The notes below the pieces were generated by a model that worked only from the letters and a program-made list of their open reading frames with translations, was not told the origin of the DNA and did no database searches. A stretch of 64,000 nucleotides of DNA from Deltaproteobacteria bacterium (GTDB lineage: Bacteria; Desulfobacterota; Desulfobacteria; Desulfobacterales; Desulfosarcinaceae): the NCBI GenBank assembly GCA_002747175.1, contig PDTK01000031.1, positions 30,304 through 94,303 on the forward strand. Direction: 5' to 3'. Below, in pieces: positions 10,426-20,181 of the stretch. The translations under genes were made by a program, and so were the position numbers. How positions within the stretch are numbered: the stretch's first letter is position 1; every line of letters begins with the position of its first letter.

Positions 10426-11199
10426 ATGGATATGCAGCGGATCAAACAAGTGGGCACCGCAGCCGCCCACCGGGGCGGCAAGATTCTTCGGGACCATTTC
10501 GGAAAGTTGACGGCCATTAATAAAAAAGGCGTCATCGACCTGGTTACGGAAGCGGATCTGAAATCCGAAGCGGCGATTATCGACACGATTACGGGTACTT
10601 TTCCAGACCACGCCATTATCGCCGAAGAAAGCGGCAGCAAAGATGGGGCAAACGGGACCTGGATCATCGATCCGCTGGACGGTACCACCAACTTCGCTCA
10701 CAATCTGCCGCAGTTTTGTGTTTCCATTGCTTTTGCCTTGGGGGACCGTATTCGTGCCGGATTCGTACTGGCACCCCTGATGGGCGAATGGTTCGTGGCA
10801 ATTGAAGGCCAGGGTGCCGAACGTAACGGGTCTCCCATCTCTGTTTCCAACACCCCGGATCTGAAAAACAGCCTGCTGGTCACCGGATTTCCCTATGATC
10901 ATCAAACCATCATAAAACCGCTGATGAAACGCTTCAGCAACTGCCTGGCGGCAACCCAGGGCGTACGGCGGCTGGGATCGGCGGCATTGGACCTGTGCTA
11001 TGTAGCCTGCGGCCGGTTCGATGGATTCTGGGAACAGCGGCTCAAACCGTGGGATACGGCGGCCGGATACCTGGTGGCCACCGAAGCCGGGGCCCGTATC
11101 ACGCGCTTTTCGGGAGCGCCCTACACCATTTACAATGACGAAATCGTGAGCACCAACGGCATCATCCACGATGACCTGCTCAAGATACTTGAACAATAG
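10426..11199 (+). CDS. suhB: Inositol monophosphatase SuhB
   Basis: WIIDPLDGTTNF, RRLGSAALDL, WDTAAG. Confidence 0.93.
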   Translation: MDMQRIKQVGTAAAHRGGKILRDHFGKLTAINKKGVIDLVTEADLKSEAAIIDTITGTFPDHAIIAEESGSKDGANGTWIIDPLDGTTNFAHNLPQFCVSIAFALGDRIRAGFVLAPLMGEWFVAIEGQGAERNGSPISVSNTPDLKNSLLVTGFPYDHQTIIKPLMKRFSNCLAATQGVRRLGSAALDLCYVACGRFDGFWEQRLKPWDTAAGYLVATEAGARITRFSGAPYTIYNDEIVSTNGIIHDDLLKILEQ

Positions 11200-11208
11200 G
11201 AATTGCCG

Positions 11209-11406
11209 ATGACAACACAGACAGAAATGAATGTCGTCTTGGATCAATACATGGGATGTTTCGGTGAGTATTGCAAAGAAGATGCCATCTGTAAACGGCA
11301 TTGCGCTCTGAATCTGCGCTGTGCCATCGAACAGGAACAAAACGAACGTTTTGAAGTGTTTGAAGAGTTGGTGTCGACAGGAGGCATGGTCATAAAAGTC
11401 AACTAA
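11209..11406 (+). CDS. Small Cys-rich hypothetical protein
   Basis: 65 aa, CFGEYC-x5-C-x3-C-x5-C; follows suhB closely with an AGGA-like RBS. Confidence 0.6.
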   Translation: MTTQTEMNVVLDQYMGCFGEYCKEDAICKRHCALNLRCAIEQEQNERFEVFEELVSTGGMVIKVN

Positions 11407-11476
11407 AACGTATGGGTCATACTTCAAGTGCCCGGCGACAAAGCAGATGCGGTTTTCCGTAAACGCTTGCAGGGCA

Positions 11477-12823
11477 TCAGTCCATTCCCTTTTCCAACCG
11501 TTCCGTTAAATATTCGATTTGTTTCTGAAAGGGACCGTTTTCCTTGACCCCTTGCGCCACGACCTTCAATGCATGCAGCGTCGTGGCATGATATCGGTTG
11601 AAGCTTTTTCCAATTATTTCAAGAGAATGGTCCGTATATCGGCGAGACAGGTACATGGCCACCTGCCTGGGTCGTACCACAGCCTGGCGGCGGGATCGGG
11701 ACGTCAAATCGGCCAGGCTGATGCCGTAATATTTGCAAACCAGACGCTTGATGGAATCCAGCGTGATCCCCTGCCGCAAAGAAACGATATTCTTGACCAC
11801 ACGGCGGGCCAGTTCCAGATCTACCGGGGTCCCCAACAACGATGCCTGGGCGGCGATCCCCACGAATCCGCTTTTTAGCTGCCGCACATCCTCAATCAGT
11901 TCCGAAGCCAAATATTGGTAGACTTCTTCCGGAATGTCTGTGCAGCCATTGGCCACCGCCGCCTTTTTCAGGATTCGCAGGCGGGTTTTGTAATCCGGGG
12001 CATCGATTTTCGATATCAGCCCGCAACACAGGCGCGATTTGAGTTTGTCGTTCAGTTTGGGTATTTCCGATGGCAGGTATGAACTGGAATAGATGATCTT
12101 CTTGTTGGCATTCATCAACGACTCCAGCGTGTTGGCCAGTTCCTCCTGGGTGCCGTTCTTGCCGCTCAGATAATGGACGTCCTCCAGAAGCAACACATCG
12201 CAGTTCTGGCGATACTTCTTTTTGAAATGGTGAATGTTGCTGTGCCGATATGAATCGGTCATTTCGTTCATGAAATCTTCGGCGGTGATATAATACACCC
12301 GCTCCTTGGGGAACGTCTGCAGAATATGGTGGCCCACGGCCTGGGAGAGATGGCTCTTGCCCAGACCGGTCTTGGAAAGCAGGTACAATGAATTCTGCCC
12401 GCCCTGCTGACGCGCGGCCAGGGAGAGGGCGGCGGAATAGGCAAAATCGCTGTTTTTACCGACAACGAATTGATCAAAGGTGAAATCCTTGCGCAACAAC
12501 CGGCCGCCATTTACCGGAGCATCCATGGCCGGTATTTTCATCTGACGATCCGGCACCGCTTTGGGGGCCGTCGATGCAGCGTGCTTGTCATCAATGACGA
12601 GGCGGACATCAATGGGCTTACCGGCCACGTTAAAAAACGCTTCACCAATCAGTCCACTGTAATGATCGCTGATCCGCTTTTTGCTGAACAGGTTGGGACA
12701 GGCCAGAATGACGGTATCGTTTTCCTGCTTATACAGTCCGATAGGGTCGATCCACATCCGGTAACTATGCCCGGGAATCTTTTCCCTTAAAAACGATTTC
12801 ACGGAAGTCCAAAGCTGATCCAT
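11477..12823 (-). CDS. dnaA: Chromosomal replication initiator DnaA-family protein (divergent paralogue)
   Basis: SYRMWIDP domain I, FTFDQFVVG, SKTGLGKSH, RLCCGL, PRQVAMYL; no dnaN adjacent. Confidence 0.88.
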   Translation of the reverse strand: MDQLWTSVKSFLREKIPGHSYRMWIDPIGLYKQENDTVILACPNLFSKKRISDHYSGLIGEAFFNVAGKPIDVRLVIDDKHAASTAPKAVPDRQMKIPAMDAPVNGGRLLRKDFTFDQFVVGKNSDFAYSAALSLAARQQGGQNSLYLLSKTGLGKSHLSQAVGHHILQTFPKERVYYITAEDFMNEMTDSYRHSNIHHFKKKYRQNCDVLLLEDVHYLSGKNGTQEELANTLESLMNANKKIIYSSSYLPSEIPKLNDKLKSRLCCGLISKIDAPDYKTRLRILKKAAVANGCTDIPEEVYQYLASELIEDVRQLKSGFVGIAAQASLLGTPVDLELARRVVKNIVSLRQGITLDSIKRLVCKYYGISLADLTSRSRRQAVVRPRQVAMYLSRRYTDHSLEIIGKSFNRYHATTLHALKVVAQGVKENGPFQKQIEYLTERLEKGMD

Positions 12824-13128
12824 TAAAAAAACGCCCTTCAACGGAGATAGGTTAATATCGTCGGATCTCTGTAAATCTTTGATCGAAACTGAAAAAATAT
12901 GTCGTTTTTGGCAATTAATCCGATATTGTTCAGAATGGTTGTCATCCAATTTGATGACTGGGAAAGATAATTACAGATTTTCCGTTTACGCGTCAATCTG
13001 GAAAAAGGCCGGTTTACCATATCATTGAAACGGACCTCATAAACCTTTTTTTTAATAATTATTTCAAAATGTTATAAATCATATAACGAACAACTGCTTC
13101 GAAATACAAGGTTTTTTGGTCCCAGACT

Positions 13129-13168
13129 TTATCCATAAATATTTTAAGCAGATCGGGAGTTATCAACA
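13129..13168 (+). promoter_or_regulatory. Two DnaA-box-like 9-mers in AT-rich dnaA-uvrA intergenic region
   Basis: TTATCCATA (13129) and TTATCAACA (13160), each one mismatch to TTATCCACA. Confidence 0.45.
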
Positions 13169-13516
13169 CCCTCCGGACATATTTCCAATCTCCGTTTTTT
13201 TTCGTTTTACGAAGATTTTCTTCTATTTTCTATTTTTACCAGTTCTCTGACAACCGCTTCTGAATATGTTCGGCCGGGCCATGGAAATAAATTTACAAAT
13301 CGGGACGAGCCCAGTATGATGGTTCGACTTCTACCCGTTGCATAAGGGCTATCGTAAAATGAAAACAACCCTGCCCGTTGCGGCCATTACCGTGGGGAAA
13401 GCCCCAGCCACCCGCCCGGGAATCACTTCCCACGTGCCGGCCAATCCATCCATGCGGCAGCGCTGCCATCCGATGACGGCCGGCCAGATGACCGGACCTT
13501 CCCGGATGGCCGCTCC

Positions 13517-16393
13517 ATGAGCCGGCAGACTGCACCGGACCGCCCCGTGTCCCAAATCAATGCCATCAATATCCAGGGAGCCCGCCATCACAACCTGAAG
13601 AATATCAGTTTGACCCTGCCGCGCAACCAATTGGTGGTTATCACCGGTCTGTCCGGATCGGGAAAGTCCACACTGGCCTTCGACACCCTGTATGCAGAGG
13701 GCCAGCGCCGCTATGTGGAATCACTGTCCACCTATGCCAGGCAATTTCTGGAGCGCCTGGAAAAACCCGATGTGGACCTGATCGAAGGTCTCTCTCCGGC
13801 CATCGCCATCGAACAGAAAACCGCCACCCACAATCCGCGGTCCACCGTTGGGACCGTTACCGAGATCTACGATTTCCTGCGTCTTTTATATGCCCGCACC
13901 GGAACGGCCCATTGCTACCAATGCGGCCGGGTGATTGTCTCCCAGACCATTGATGAGATGGTATCCGCGGTGATGCAGCTGCCCGAAGGTTCCCGGCTGC
14001 TGATACTGGCGCCGCTGTCAGACCTCATTTCGGACCGATACCAACCGTTGTTGGATCGCCTGCGCAAGGACGGCTTCGCCCGGGTGCGGCTGGACGGAAA
14101 AATTGTCGAACTGGACGAGGCCATCAACCATAACCCCAAGACCGTCAACCGCTTGGAAGTCGTGGTGGATCGCCTGATCCTCAAAGCATCCAGCCGTAAC
14201 CGGCTGGCCGATTCCATGGAGCTGGCCATGGCCAAAGCCGAAGGCCAGGTGCACATTGCCGTTGTGGACAGGCAGATGCACCCTGCCGGTGACCCGCTGA
14301 AATTCAGCGAAAAAGCGATCTGCACCCATTGCAGGATCAGCTATCCGGAGTGTTCTCCGGCAAGCTTTTCTTTCAATTCACCCCACGGTGCCTGCCCGCA
14401 ATGCGACGGCATCGGCACCATCCAGGGCTTTGCCCCCCGGCGCATCGTCCCGAATCCAAAGTTATCCCTGCGCGAGGGTGCGGTGGCTGTCTGGGCACAC
14501 CGGCACTCCGTGACATTCGGCGAATTTCTCGACGAGCTGACCCGCTTTTACGGTGTGGATATCTATACGCCATACGAACAACTCCCCGAATCCTTTCGGC
14601 AGGTTCTCATGTTCGGTTCGGGAGAACAAAAAATACCCTTTTCAAGCAGCCGGCAAAAGGACAAAACCAAAGAACTGCGGTCCTTTGAAGGCATCGTTCC
14701 CCAACTGGACCGGCGATATGCCCAAGCACGCACCGCTGCCGAAAAAAACGATCTGAAAGCGTACCTTACCGAATCGACCTGCCACCTTTGTCAGGGCGAA
14801 CGCCTGCGCCGTGAAAGCCGATACATCCATGTGGGAGGCGCATCCATCGGTGACCTGACGGCACTGCCCATCATAGACGCATGTGCATTCTTCCGCGATC
14901 TGCGAACAGACGGCCAGCATGCGCTCATATCCGACAAGATCGTCAGCGAGATTATGGCCCGTTTGACCTTTCTCATGGATGTGGGCCTCTCCTATCTGAC
15001 CCTGAACCGACCAGCCCATACCCTTTCCGGAGGCGAAAGCCAGCGCATCCGATTGGCCACGCAAATCGGCTCAAAACTGACCGGTGTCCTCTATGTTCTG
15101 GATGAACCCAGTATCGGTTTGCATCAGCGAGATAATCAACGCCTGTTGGACACGCTCATGCACATGCGCGACATGGGAAACTCGCTGGTCGTGGTTGAAC
15201 ACGACGAAGAGACCATTCTGGCGGCAGACCAGGTGGTGGATATGGGACCCGGCGCCGGTATTCAAGGTGGCCAGGTGGTATTTCAAGGGACGCCTGCGGC
15301 CATGCTCACCGACGACCGCTCGCTGACAGGCAAATATCTTTCCGGCCGCATGGAAATTGCGCTGCCATCGAAACGACGGCCGTTATCCACCGATCAGATT
15401 CGTATCACCGGGGCCTGCCACAACAATCTCAAGCATATCGACGCGGTCTTTCCGCTGGGAGGCCTCGTCTGTGTGACCGGCGTATCAGGCTCGGGAAAAT
15501 CGACCCTGGTCATCGAGACGTTGTATAAGGCCGCACGTCGCCACCTGCAACGCCTCAACATCGAGGCGGGTGCCTATGACCACATCAGCGGCCTGGAGAA
15601 TATCGACAAGGTCATCGATATCGACCAGTCGCCCATCGGCAAGACGCCGCGCTCCAATCCCGGAACCTATACGGGCTTTTGGACCCCTGTTCGGGATCTG
15701 TTCAGCCGCACGCCCGAGGCCCGCGCGCGCGGATACAAACCCGGCCGTTTCAGTTTCAACATCCGCGGGGGACGATGTGAAGCCTGTGAGGGAGACGGCA
15801 TCATCCGCATCGAAATGCACTTTTTGCCCGATATCTTCGTTCCCTGCGATATCTGCCGGGGCAAACGCTACAATCGCGAAACCCTTGAAATACGATACAA
15901 AGGAAAAAACATTGCCGATGTCCTGGAAATGACCGTGAATCATGGACTGGAGATGTTCCGGAACATCGAAGTGATCCGTTCCAAACTCCAGACCCTGGCA
16001 GATGTGGGCCTGGGTTATGTGTCCATGGGCCAGTCCGCCACCACGCTTTCCGGCGGAGAAGCCCAGCGCGTCAAACTGGCCCGCGAATTGAGCAAGCGCA
16101 GCACGGGGCGCACCCTGTACATTCTCGATGAACCCACAACGGGACTGCATCCAGACGACATCCGCAAACTGTTGTCCGTGTTGGACCGTCTGGTGGATGC
16201 AGGCAACACGGTGGTGATCATCGAGCACAACCTGGACGTGATCAAAACCGCCGATCACGTTATCGACATGGGTCCCGAAGGAGGGGAAGCCGGCGGACGT
16301 ATCGTGGCCACGGGGACACCGGAAGAAATCTGCAAGGTGGCTGAATCGCATACCGGGCGGTATTTGAAGAAGGTGTTGGATAAAGCCCAATAA
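13517..16393 (+). CDS. uvrA: Excinuclease ABC subunit A
   Basis: GARHHNLKNI, two ABC modules (GLSGSGKS, LSGGESQR; GVSGSGKS, LSGGEAQR), zinc fingers. Confidence 0.98.
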   Translation: MSRQTAPDRPVSQINAINIQGARHHNLKNISLTLPRNQLVVITGLSGSGKSTLAFDTLYAEGQRRYVESLSTYARQFLERLEKPDVDLIEGLSPAIAIEQKTATHNPRSTVGTVTEIYDFLRLLYARTGTAHCYQCGRVIVSQTIDEMVSAVMQLPEGSRLLILAPLSDLISDRYQPLLDRLRKDGFARVRLDGKIVELDEAINHNPKTVNRLEVVVDRLILKASSRNRLADSMELAMAKAEGQVHIAVVDRQMHPAGDPLKFSEKAICTHCRISYPECSPASFSFNSPHGACPQCDGIGTIQGFAPRRIVPNPKLSLREGAVAVWAHRHSVTFGEFLDELTRFYGVDIYTPYEQLPESFRQVLMFGSGEQKIPFSSSRQKDKTKELRSFEGIVPQLDRRYAQARTAAEKNDLKAYLTESTCHLCQGERLRRESRYIHVGGASIGDLTALPIIDACAFFRDLRTDGQHALISDKIVSEIMARLTFLMDVGLSYLTLNRPAHTLSGGESQRIRLATQIGSKLTGVLYVLDEPSIGLHQRDNQRLLDTLMHMRDMGNSLVVVEHDEETILAADQVVDMGPGAGIQGGQVVFQGTPAAMLTDDRSLTGKYLSGRMEIALPSKRRPLSTDQIRITGACHNNLKHIDAVFPLGGLVCVTGVSGSGKSTLVIETLYKAARRHLQRLNIEAGAYDHISGLENIDKVIDIDQSPIGKTPRSNPGTYTGFWTPVRDLFSRTPEARARGYKPGRFSFNIRGGRCEACEGDGIIRIEMHFLPDIFVPCDICRGKRYNRETLEIRYKGKNIADVLEMTVNHGLEMFRNIEVIRSKLQTLADVGLGYVSMGQSATTLSGGEAQRVKLARELSKRSTGRTLYILDEPTTGLHPDDIRKLLSVLDRLVDAGNTVVIIEHNLDVIKTADHVIDMGPEGGEAGGRIVATGTPEEICKVAESHTGRYLKKVLDKAQ

Positions 16394-16466
16394 AAATATT
16401 GTTTTCCCCTGGTCGGGGTGACGCCTGCGTTCCCAGGACCGGATGAATTTGCCGACCATGCCGGGC

Positions 16467-16511
16467 AAAACAAAAAGGGGTGCTGCCACAGCAGCACCCC
16501 TTTTTTGTTTT
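16467..16511. terminator. Bidirectional terminator between uvrA and atpE
   Basis: A-run, GGGGTGCTGC-CACA-GCAGCACCCC, T-run. Confidence 0.88.
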
Positions 16512-16520
16512 TTAAGCCAA

Positions 16521-16802
16521 TCAGTGTGCGAACAGCCCGGCGATGGCGCCCGCCTGCGGGTGGGCGTAAATCAGGATCAGGGACACGACGAGTGCATAAA
16601 TACACAAAGACTCGATCATGGCCAGACCGATCAACATGGTCACGGTGACCTTACCGGAAGATTCGGGATTGCGGGCAATACCTTCAACGGCTGACTTGAG
16701 ACCGAGGCCCTGTGCGATGCCGCAACCGAAGGCGGCGATTGCAATACCAAAACCAGCTGCTGTCACACACGCGATGAAAAACTGCAATGCTTGAGCTTCC
16801 AT
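16521..16802 (-). CDS. atpE: ATP synthase Fo subunit c
   Basis: [20 protein letters not shown]. Confidence 0.97.
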   Translation of the reverse strand: MEAQALQFFIACVTAAGFGIAIAAFGCGIAQGLGLKSAVEGIARNPESSGKVTVTMLIGLAMIESLCIYALVVSLILIYAHPQAGAIAGLFAH

Positions 16803-16915
16803 ATCTTAGACTACCTCCTTTAAAAGATTGATGAGAATTAGGGCTTCTTCCAGTTAGCCCCAAATAGCCACGGCGCTTCCAGTCGCCGCAACAAAAATCC
16901 TGTTTCACAAAACCA

Positions 16916-17605
16916 TCAGTGGGCGTGTTCCATGGCCCCGGAAAAATAGATGATCGACAGCAAGAAGAAAACAAATCCCTGCACAAAGGCCACGAAGATA
17001 CCCAGGGCCATGATCGGCAACGGTGCGAAAAAGGCACCGGCCAGGCCGAAAAGAATACCGAGGACAATCTCGTGTCCCATCATGTTTCCGAACAAACGGA
17101 AAGAGAGGGAGAGGATTCTGGCGGCATGGCCGATGAGTTCAATGATAAAAATTAAAGGCGCCATCCACCACACCGGCCCCATGAAATGCTTGATATAGGC
17201 CGCGCCGTGGTATTTGATGCCGATCACATGAGTGAACACCACCACGACGATGGCACACGACAGGGTTGTATTCAGATCGGCGGTAGGCGGAAAAAAACCG
17301 GGAATGATGCCGATCAGGTTGCCGACGAAGATATACAGAAAAATGGTGGCGGCCAGCGGGAAGAGCCAGCGACCTTCTTCGCCGACGGTTTCGACCATGA
17401 ACGATTCGATTCCCGAAATGATCACCTCAATCAGATTCTGTCCCTTGCCGGGAACCATGGAAATGGTCTTGGTGGCCAATGCACCGAAACCGACAAGGAT
17501 CCCCATGAGAACCCAGGAGTAAAGCACATGCGGATATGTGTGGGCGAAATGCCCCAACCCAATCGCTTCAAAGATCTTCACGAAAAATAGATAGGGATGC
17601 TCCAT
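16916..17605 (-). CDS. atpB: ATP synthase Fo subunit a
   Basis: PPTADLN, SLSFRLFGNM, VQGFVF. Confidence 0.97.
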   Translation of the reverse strand: MEHPYLFFVKIFEAIGLGHFAHTYPHVLYSWVLMGILVGFGALATKTISMVPGKGQNLIEVIISGIESFMVETVGEEGRWLFPLAATIFLYIFVGNLIGIIPGFFPPTADLNTTLSCAIVVVVFTHVIGIKYHGAAYIKHFMGPVWWMAPLIFIIELIGHAARILSLSFRLFGNMMGHEIVLGILFGLAGAFFAPLPIMALGIFVAFVQGFVFFLLSIIYFSGAMEHAH

Positions 17606-17607
17606 CC

Positions 17608-18024
17608 TTAAACCGCCTCCTTGAAAAATAATTTTTTAACCTCAAACATGGCGGCCAGGGTAATGCTGGCGACCACGACGGAAAGCCCAATGAACAGACC
17701 GATCGGATTCACCACCTGCTGGCGGATCAACAGAAAAATGATCACACCGCTGATGATGAATCGAATGTAATATTTAACCAGAATAATATTGGGGGAAGCC
17801 AACTGCCGCGGATGCAGGGCTTTTTTCAGCGTCTTGGCCAGAAGATGAAAATTGACGGTGACGATCAATCCGCCGAAAACCAATCCGAGGGTAAATTTCA
17901 GCGGTGAGGCCAGCAACCCGATCAGCGTGATCGACGTCAGAAGAATCCAGTTGGACCGGGTAACGAATGTGAGAATGCGCTGCTGAATATTCACGGTGGC
18001 CGATATCGTCCTGCTACGATTCAC
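17608..18024 (-). CDS. atpI: ATP synthase subunit I
   Basis: Four-TM protein immediately upstream of atpB. Confidence 0.8.
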   Translation of the reverse strand: MNRSRTISATVNIQQRILTFVTRSNWILLTSITLIGLLASPLKFTLGLVFGGLIVTVNFHLLAKTLKKALHPRQLASPNIILVKYYIRFIISGVIIFLLIRQQVVNPIGLFIGLSVVVASITLAAMFEVKKLFFKEAV

Positions 18025-18239
18025 AGTTTACGGCTTTTTTCAATTGCCAGGCCGATGTTCCGGTATCCGGCAGCGATGCCGAAACCCAGAAAAATGAGCG
18101 TCAGCCACGGTGACGTGGAAAAACGCTTGTCCAAATAGACGCCGATCCCGAGTCCGATAAAAACCGAAAGAGATACAGAGAACCCCAGGCTCGAATGAAA
18201 TGCCAGTGTCCATAACCAGTTACGTGTCTCTTTTTTCAT
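18021..18239 (-). CDS. atpZ: AtpZ/AtpI-family protein
   Basis: IGLGIGVYLDKRFSTSPW...GIAAGYRN; first gene of the Fo operon. Confidence 0.85.
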   Translation of the reverse strand: MKKETRNWLWTLAFHSSLGFSVSLSVFIGLGIGVYLDKRFSTSPWLTLIFLGFGIAAGYRNIGLAIEKSRKL

Positions 18240-18335
18240 CGGAATCGACCCTTCTCCGACCGCGAAGTATGTCAGATAAGGCCTTGATCGGAATGCATGC
18301 CTTTACCACAGTGGGGGTTCCAAGTCAATCTCAAA

Positions 18336-19133
18336 TTACCAGGTCAAGCGACCGGCATCGAAAACCGGACCGTCTATGCAAACATGCCGATAATGGTCGT
18401 TGTCGTCTTTCACCTGAACCGCACATCCCAGACAGGCACCCATGCCACAGGCCATCATGGCCTCGATGGACACCTGGCAGGGAATATCGTAGCTTGCGGC
18501 AATCCGGGCCACCGCTTTGAGCATTGGCGGCGGACCGCAGGCACAGATCAGATCCAGCCTTCCGTCGGCCGCGGCCTGTTCCAGACGGCGGGTCACCACC
18601 CCCTGGCTCCCCATGCTGCCGTCGTCCGTGGAAATATCCAGCACAACGCCCGGCAGATCGAATTCTTCGAGACAGACCAGTTCCTCACGGGTCCGGGCCC
18701 CAATGAAAACCACGCAGTGTTCCGGGACGCCCTTTTTGCCCGGCAGACAATGGGCCAGGAATCGGATCGGCGGCACACCGACACCGCCGGCGACGAATGC
18801 CGGATACCTGCAGAAATCGGGCATCTCAAAGGCATTGCCCAATGGGCCAATGACGTCCAGACGATCACCTTCACCGCAATCGGACAGGCACCGGGTTCCC
18901 TCTCCCACGACTTTGTACAGGATTTCAAAGCCGATCACCCGGCCGCCGTCATCGATCCGCCCCAGTATGGAAAACGGTCTGCGCAGCAACGCCCGGCTGT
19001 CTTGCCCCACACGCACCATGACAAACTGCCCCGGTTTGGCCGTATCGAAGCCCGTGCGGCAGGTCAGCCCCATTCGAAAATAGCCGGGTAATGCCTGCCT
19101 GTTCCAGGCCACCATGGCCGCTTGTGATATCAT
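18336..19133 (-). CDS. pyrK: Dihydroorotate dehydrogenase electron transfer subunit
   Basis: PGQFVM, LRRPFS, AGGVGVPP, CGP, MACGMGACLGC, CIDGPVF. Confidence 0.9.
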   Translation of the reverse strand: MISQAAMVAWNRQALPGYFRMGLTCRTGFDTAKPGQFVMVRVGQDSRALLRRPFSILGRIDDGGRVIGFEILYKVVGEGTRCLSDCGEGDRLDVIGPLGNAFEMPDFCRYPAFVAGGVGVPPIRFLAHCLPGKKGVPEHCVVFIGARTREELVCLEEFDLPGVVLDISTDDGSMGSQGVVTRRLEQAAADGRLDLICACGPPPMLKAVARIAASYDIPCQVSIEAMMACGMGACLGCAVQVKDDNDHYRHVCIDGPVFDAGRLTW

Positions 19134-19175
19134 TTTGCCCCTCCTGGTTGACACCTATCGTGCAGGCCCGGATTG

Positions 19176-19964
19176 TTAGCCCATGTGGTTGCTGCGCTGT
19201 ATGCCGATCAGCGCACCCATACGCCCGGTGACCCGCTCCGACCGGTAGGAATAGAGCAGATGCGTATTGCAGCGTGTACAAAGGTTGCCGAAAAAAATCC
19301 GGCCGCTTGTCAAGCCCGCCGAAACCAGTTGTTGACGGTTGATTGCCCAAAAATCGAAATGATGCCGCCCGATGCGAAAAGGCCACCACTTGCGCGGAAT
19401 CTCCTGATGGTAATTGACGAACTCGGCGCAACAGGGCCCCAGGGAGGGGCCGATGACCGCCGTCATGCCGGACGGACGGCAACCGAAGTCATCGACCATG
19501 CGGGCAATCGTGGCTCCGATGATACCGGCCACGCTGCCCCGCCATCCGCAGTGGATATTGGCCACCACCTTACGCCAGGGGTCAACCACCATTACCGCCT
19601 GGCAATCCGCCGTCTGGATCACCAGAAAGACGCCGGGGACATTGGTAATCAGCGCATCCACAGCAGGTTCATGGGTCCGGATGGGGCTTTCATCGTCCAG
19701 GACCTGGCGGTCGACCACACCGACGGCCGTGCCATGGCACTGCCGGGCATACACATGTCGTCCGCCGGTGAGTCCATAGAACCGATCACGATTGGCGTGT
19801 ACCGCCGTGGCCATGTCCCCTGCGCCACTGCTCAGGTTGAGGCTTTCGTATGGCGTCCGGCTGGTTCCGCCCAAACGGGAGCTGAATGCATGCACCACCC
19901 CCGGCAGCCGGTCCAAGGCGGCGAACCGGAAAAAATATTTGTCATGTTTTTTTATCAGATACAA
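19176..19964 (-). CDS. pgeF: Peptidoglycan editing factor PgeF (YfiH/laccase-domain)
   Basis: QCHG, DALIT, TADC, HCGWRG, IGPSLGPCC, YSYR. Confidence 0.9.
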   Translation of the reverse strand: MYLIKKHDKYFFRFAALDRLPGVVHAFSSRLGGTSRTPYESLNLSSGAGDMATAVHANRDRFYGLTGGRHVYARQCHGTAVGVVDRQVLDDESPIRTHEPAVDALITNVPGVFLVIQTADCQAVMVVDPWRKVVANIHCGWRGSVAGIIGATIARMVDDFGCRPSGMTAVIGPSLGPCCAEFVNYHQEIPRKWWPFRIGRHHFDFWAINRQQLVSAGLTSGRIFFGNLCTRCNTHLLYSYRSERVTGRMGALIGIQRSNHMG

Positions 19965-20005
19965 CGCTTGCCCTCAATTCAGCTAAAAGCGAATCGCCTA
20001 TTTTA

Positions 20006-20136
20006 GTGCCTTACACCTCGGTTTCTGTCAAAAAAAACAAGAAAATGGGCTGGGGGTACATAGGTTGCCGGTTTCCCGTCTCAGCATTCAGTACTCAGCA
20101 CTTCGTCCTCTATGGGTTGCGGGTTTCCCGCCTTAG
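20006..20136. repeat. Intergenic repeat family A, copy 1 (second copy at 63223-63322)
   Basis: GTGCCTTACACC..TTTCTGTCAAAAAAACA..GAAAAT..GGTACAT.GGTTGC.GGTTTCCCG shared with 63223-63322; ATGGGTTGCGGGTTTCCCGCCTTAG recurs at 20112. Confidence 0.8.
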
Positions 20137-20181
20137 GTTCAACGGCCCGGTAACAAAACAGATACGGTGCCCTGTGAACGC

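Noticed and set aside
13255-13340. Possible LexA box upstream of uvrA (CTGAATATGTTCGG; GGTTCGACTTCTACC)
   Set aside because: Spacing does not fit the LexA motifs I know; unsupported without a lineage-specific matrix
16521-19133. Fo genes without F1 genes; pyrK without pyrD
   Set aside because: Split atp operons are ordinary in this lineage, and partner genes are probably elsewhere in the genome
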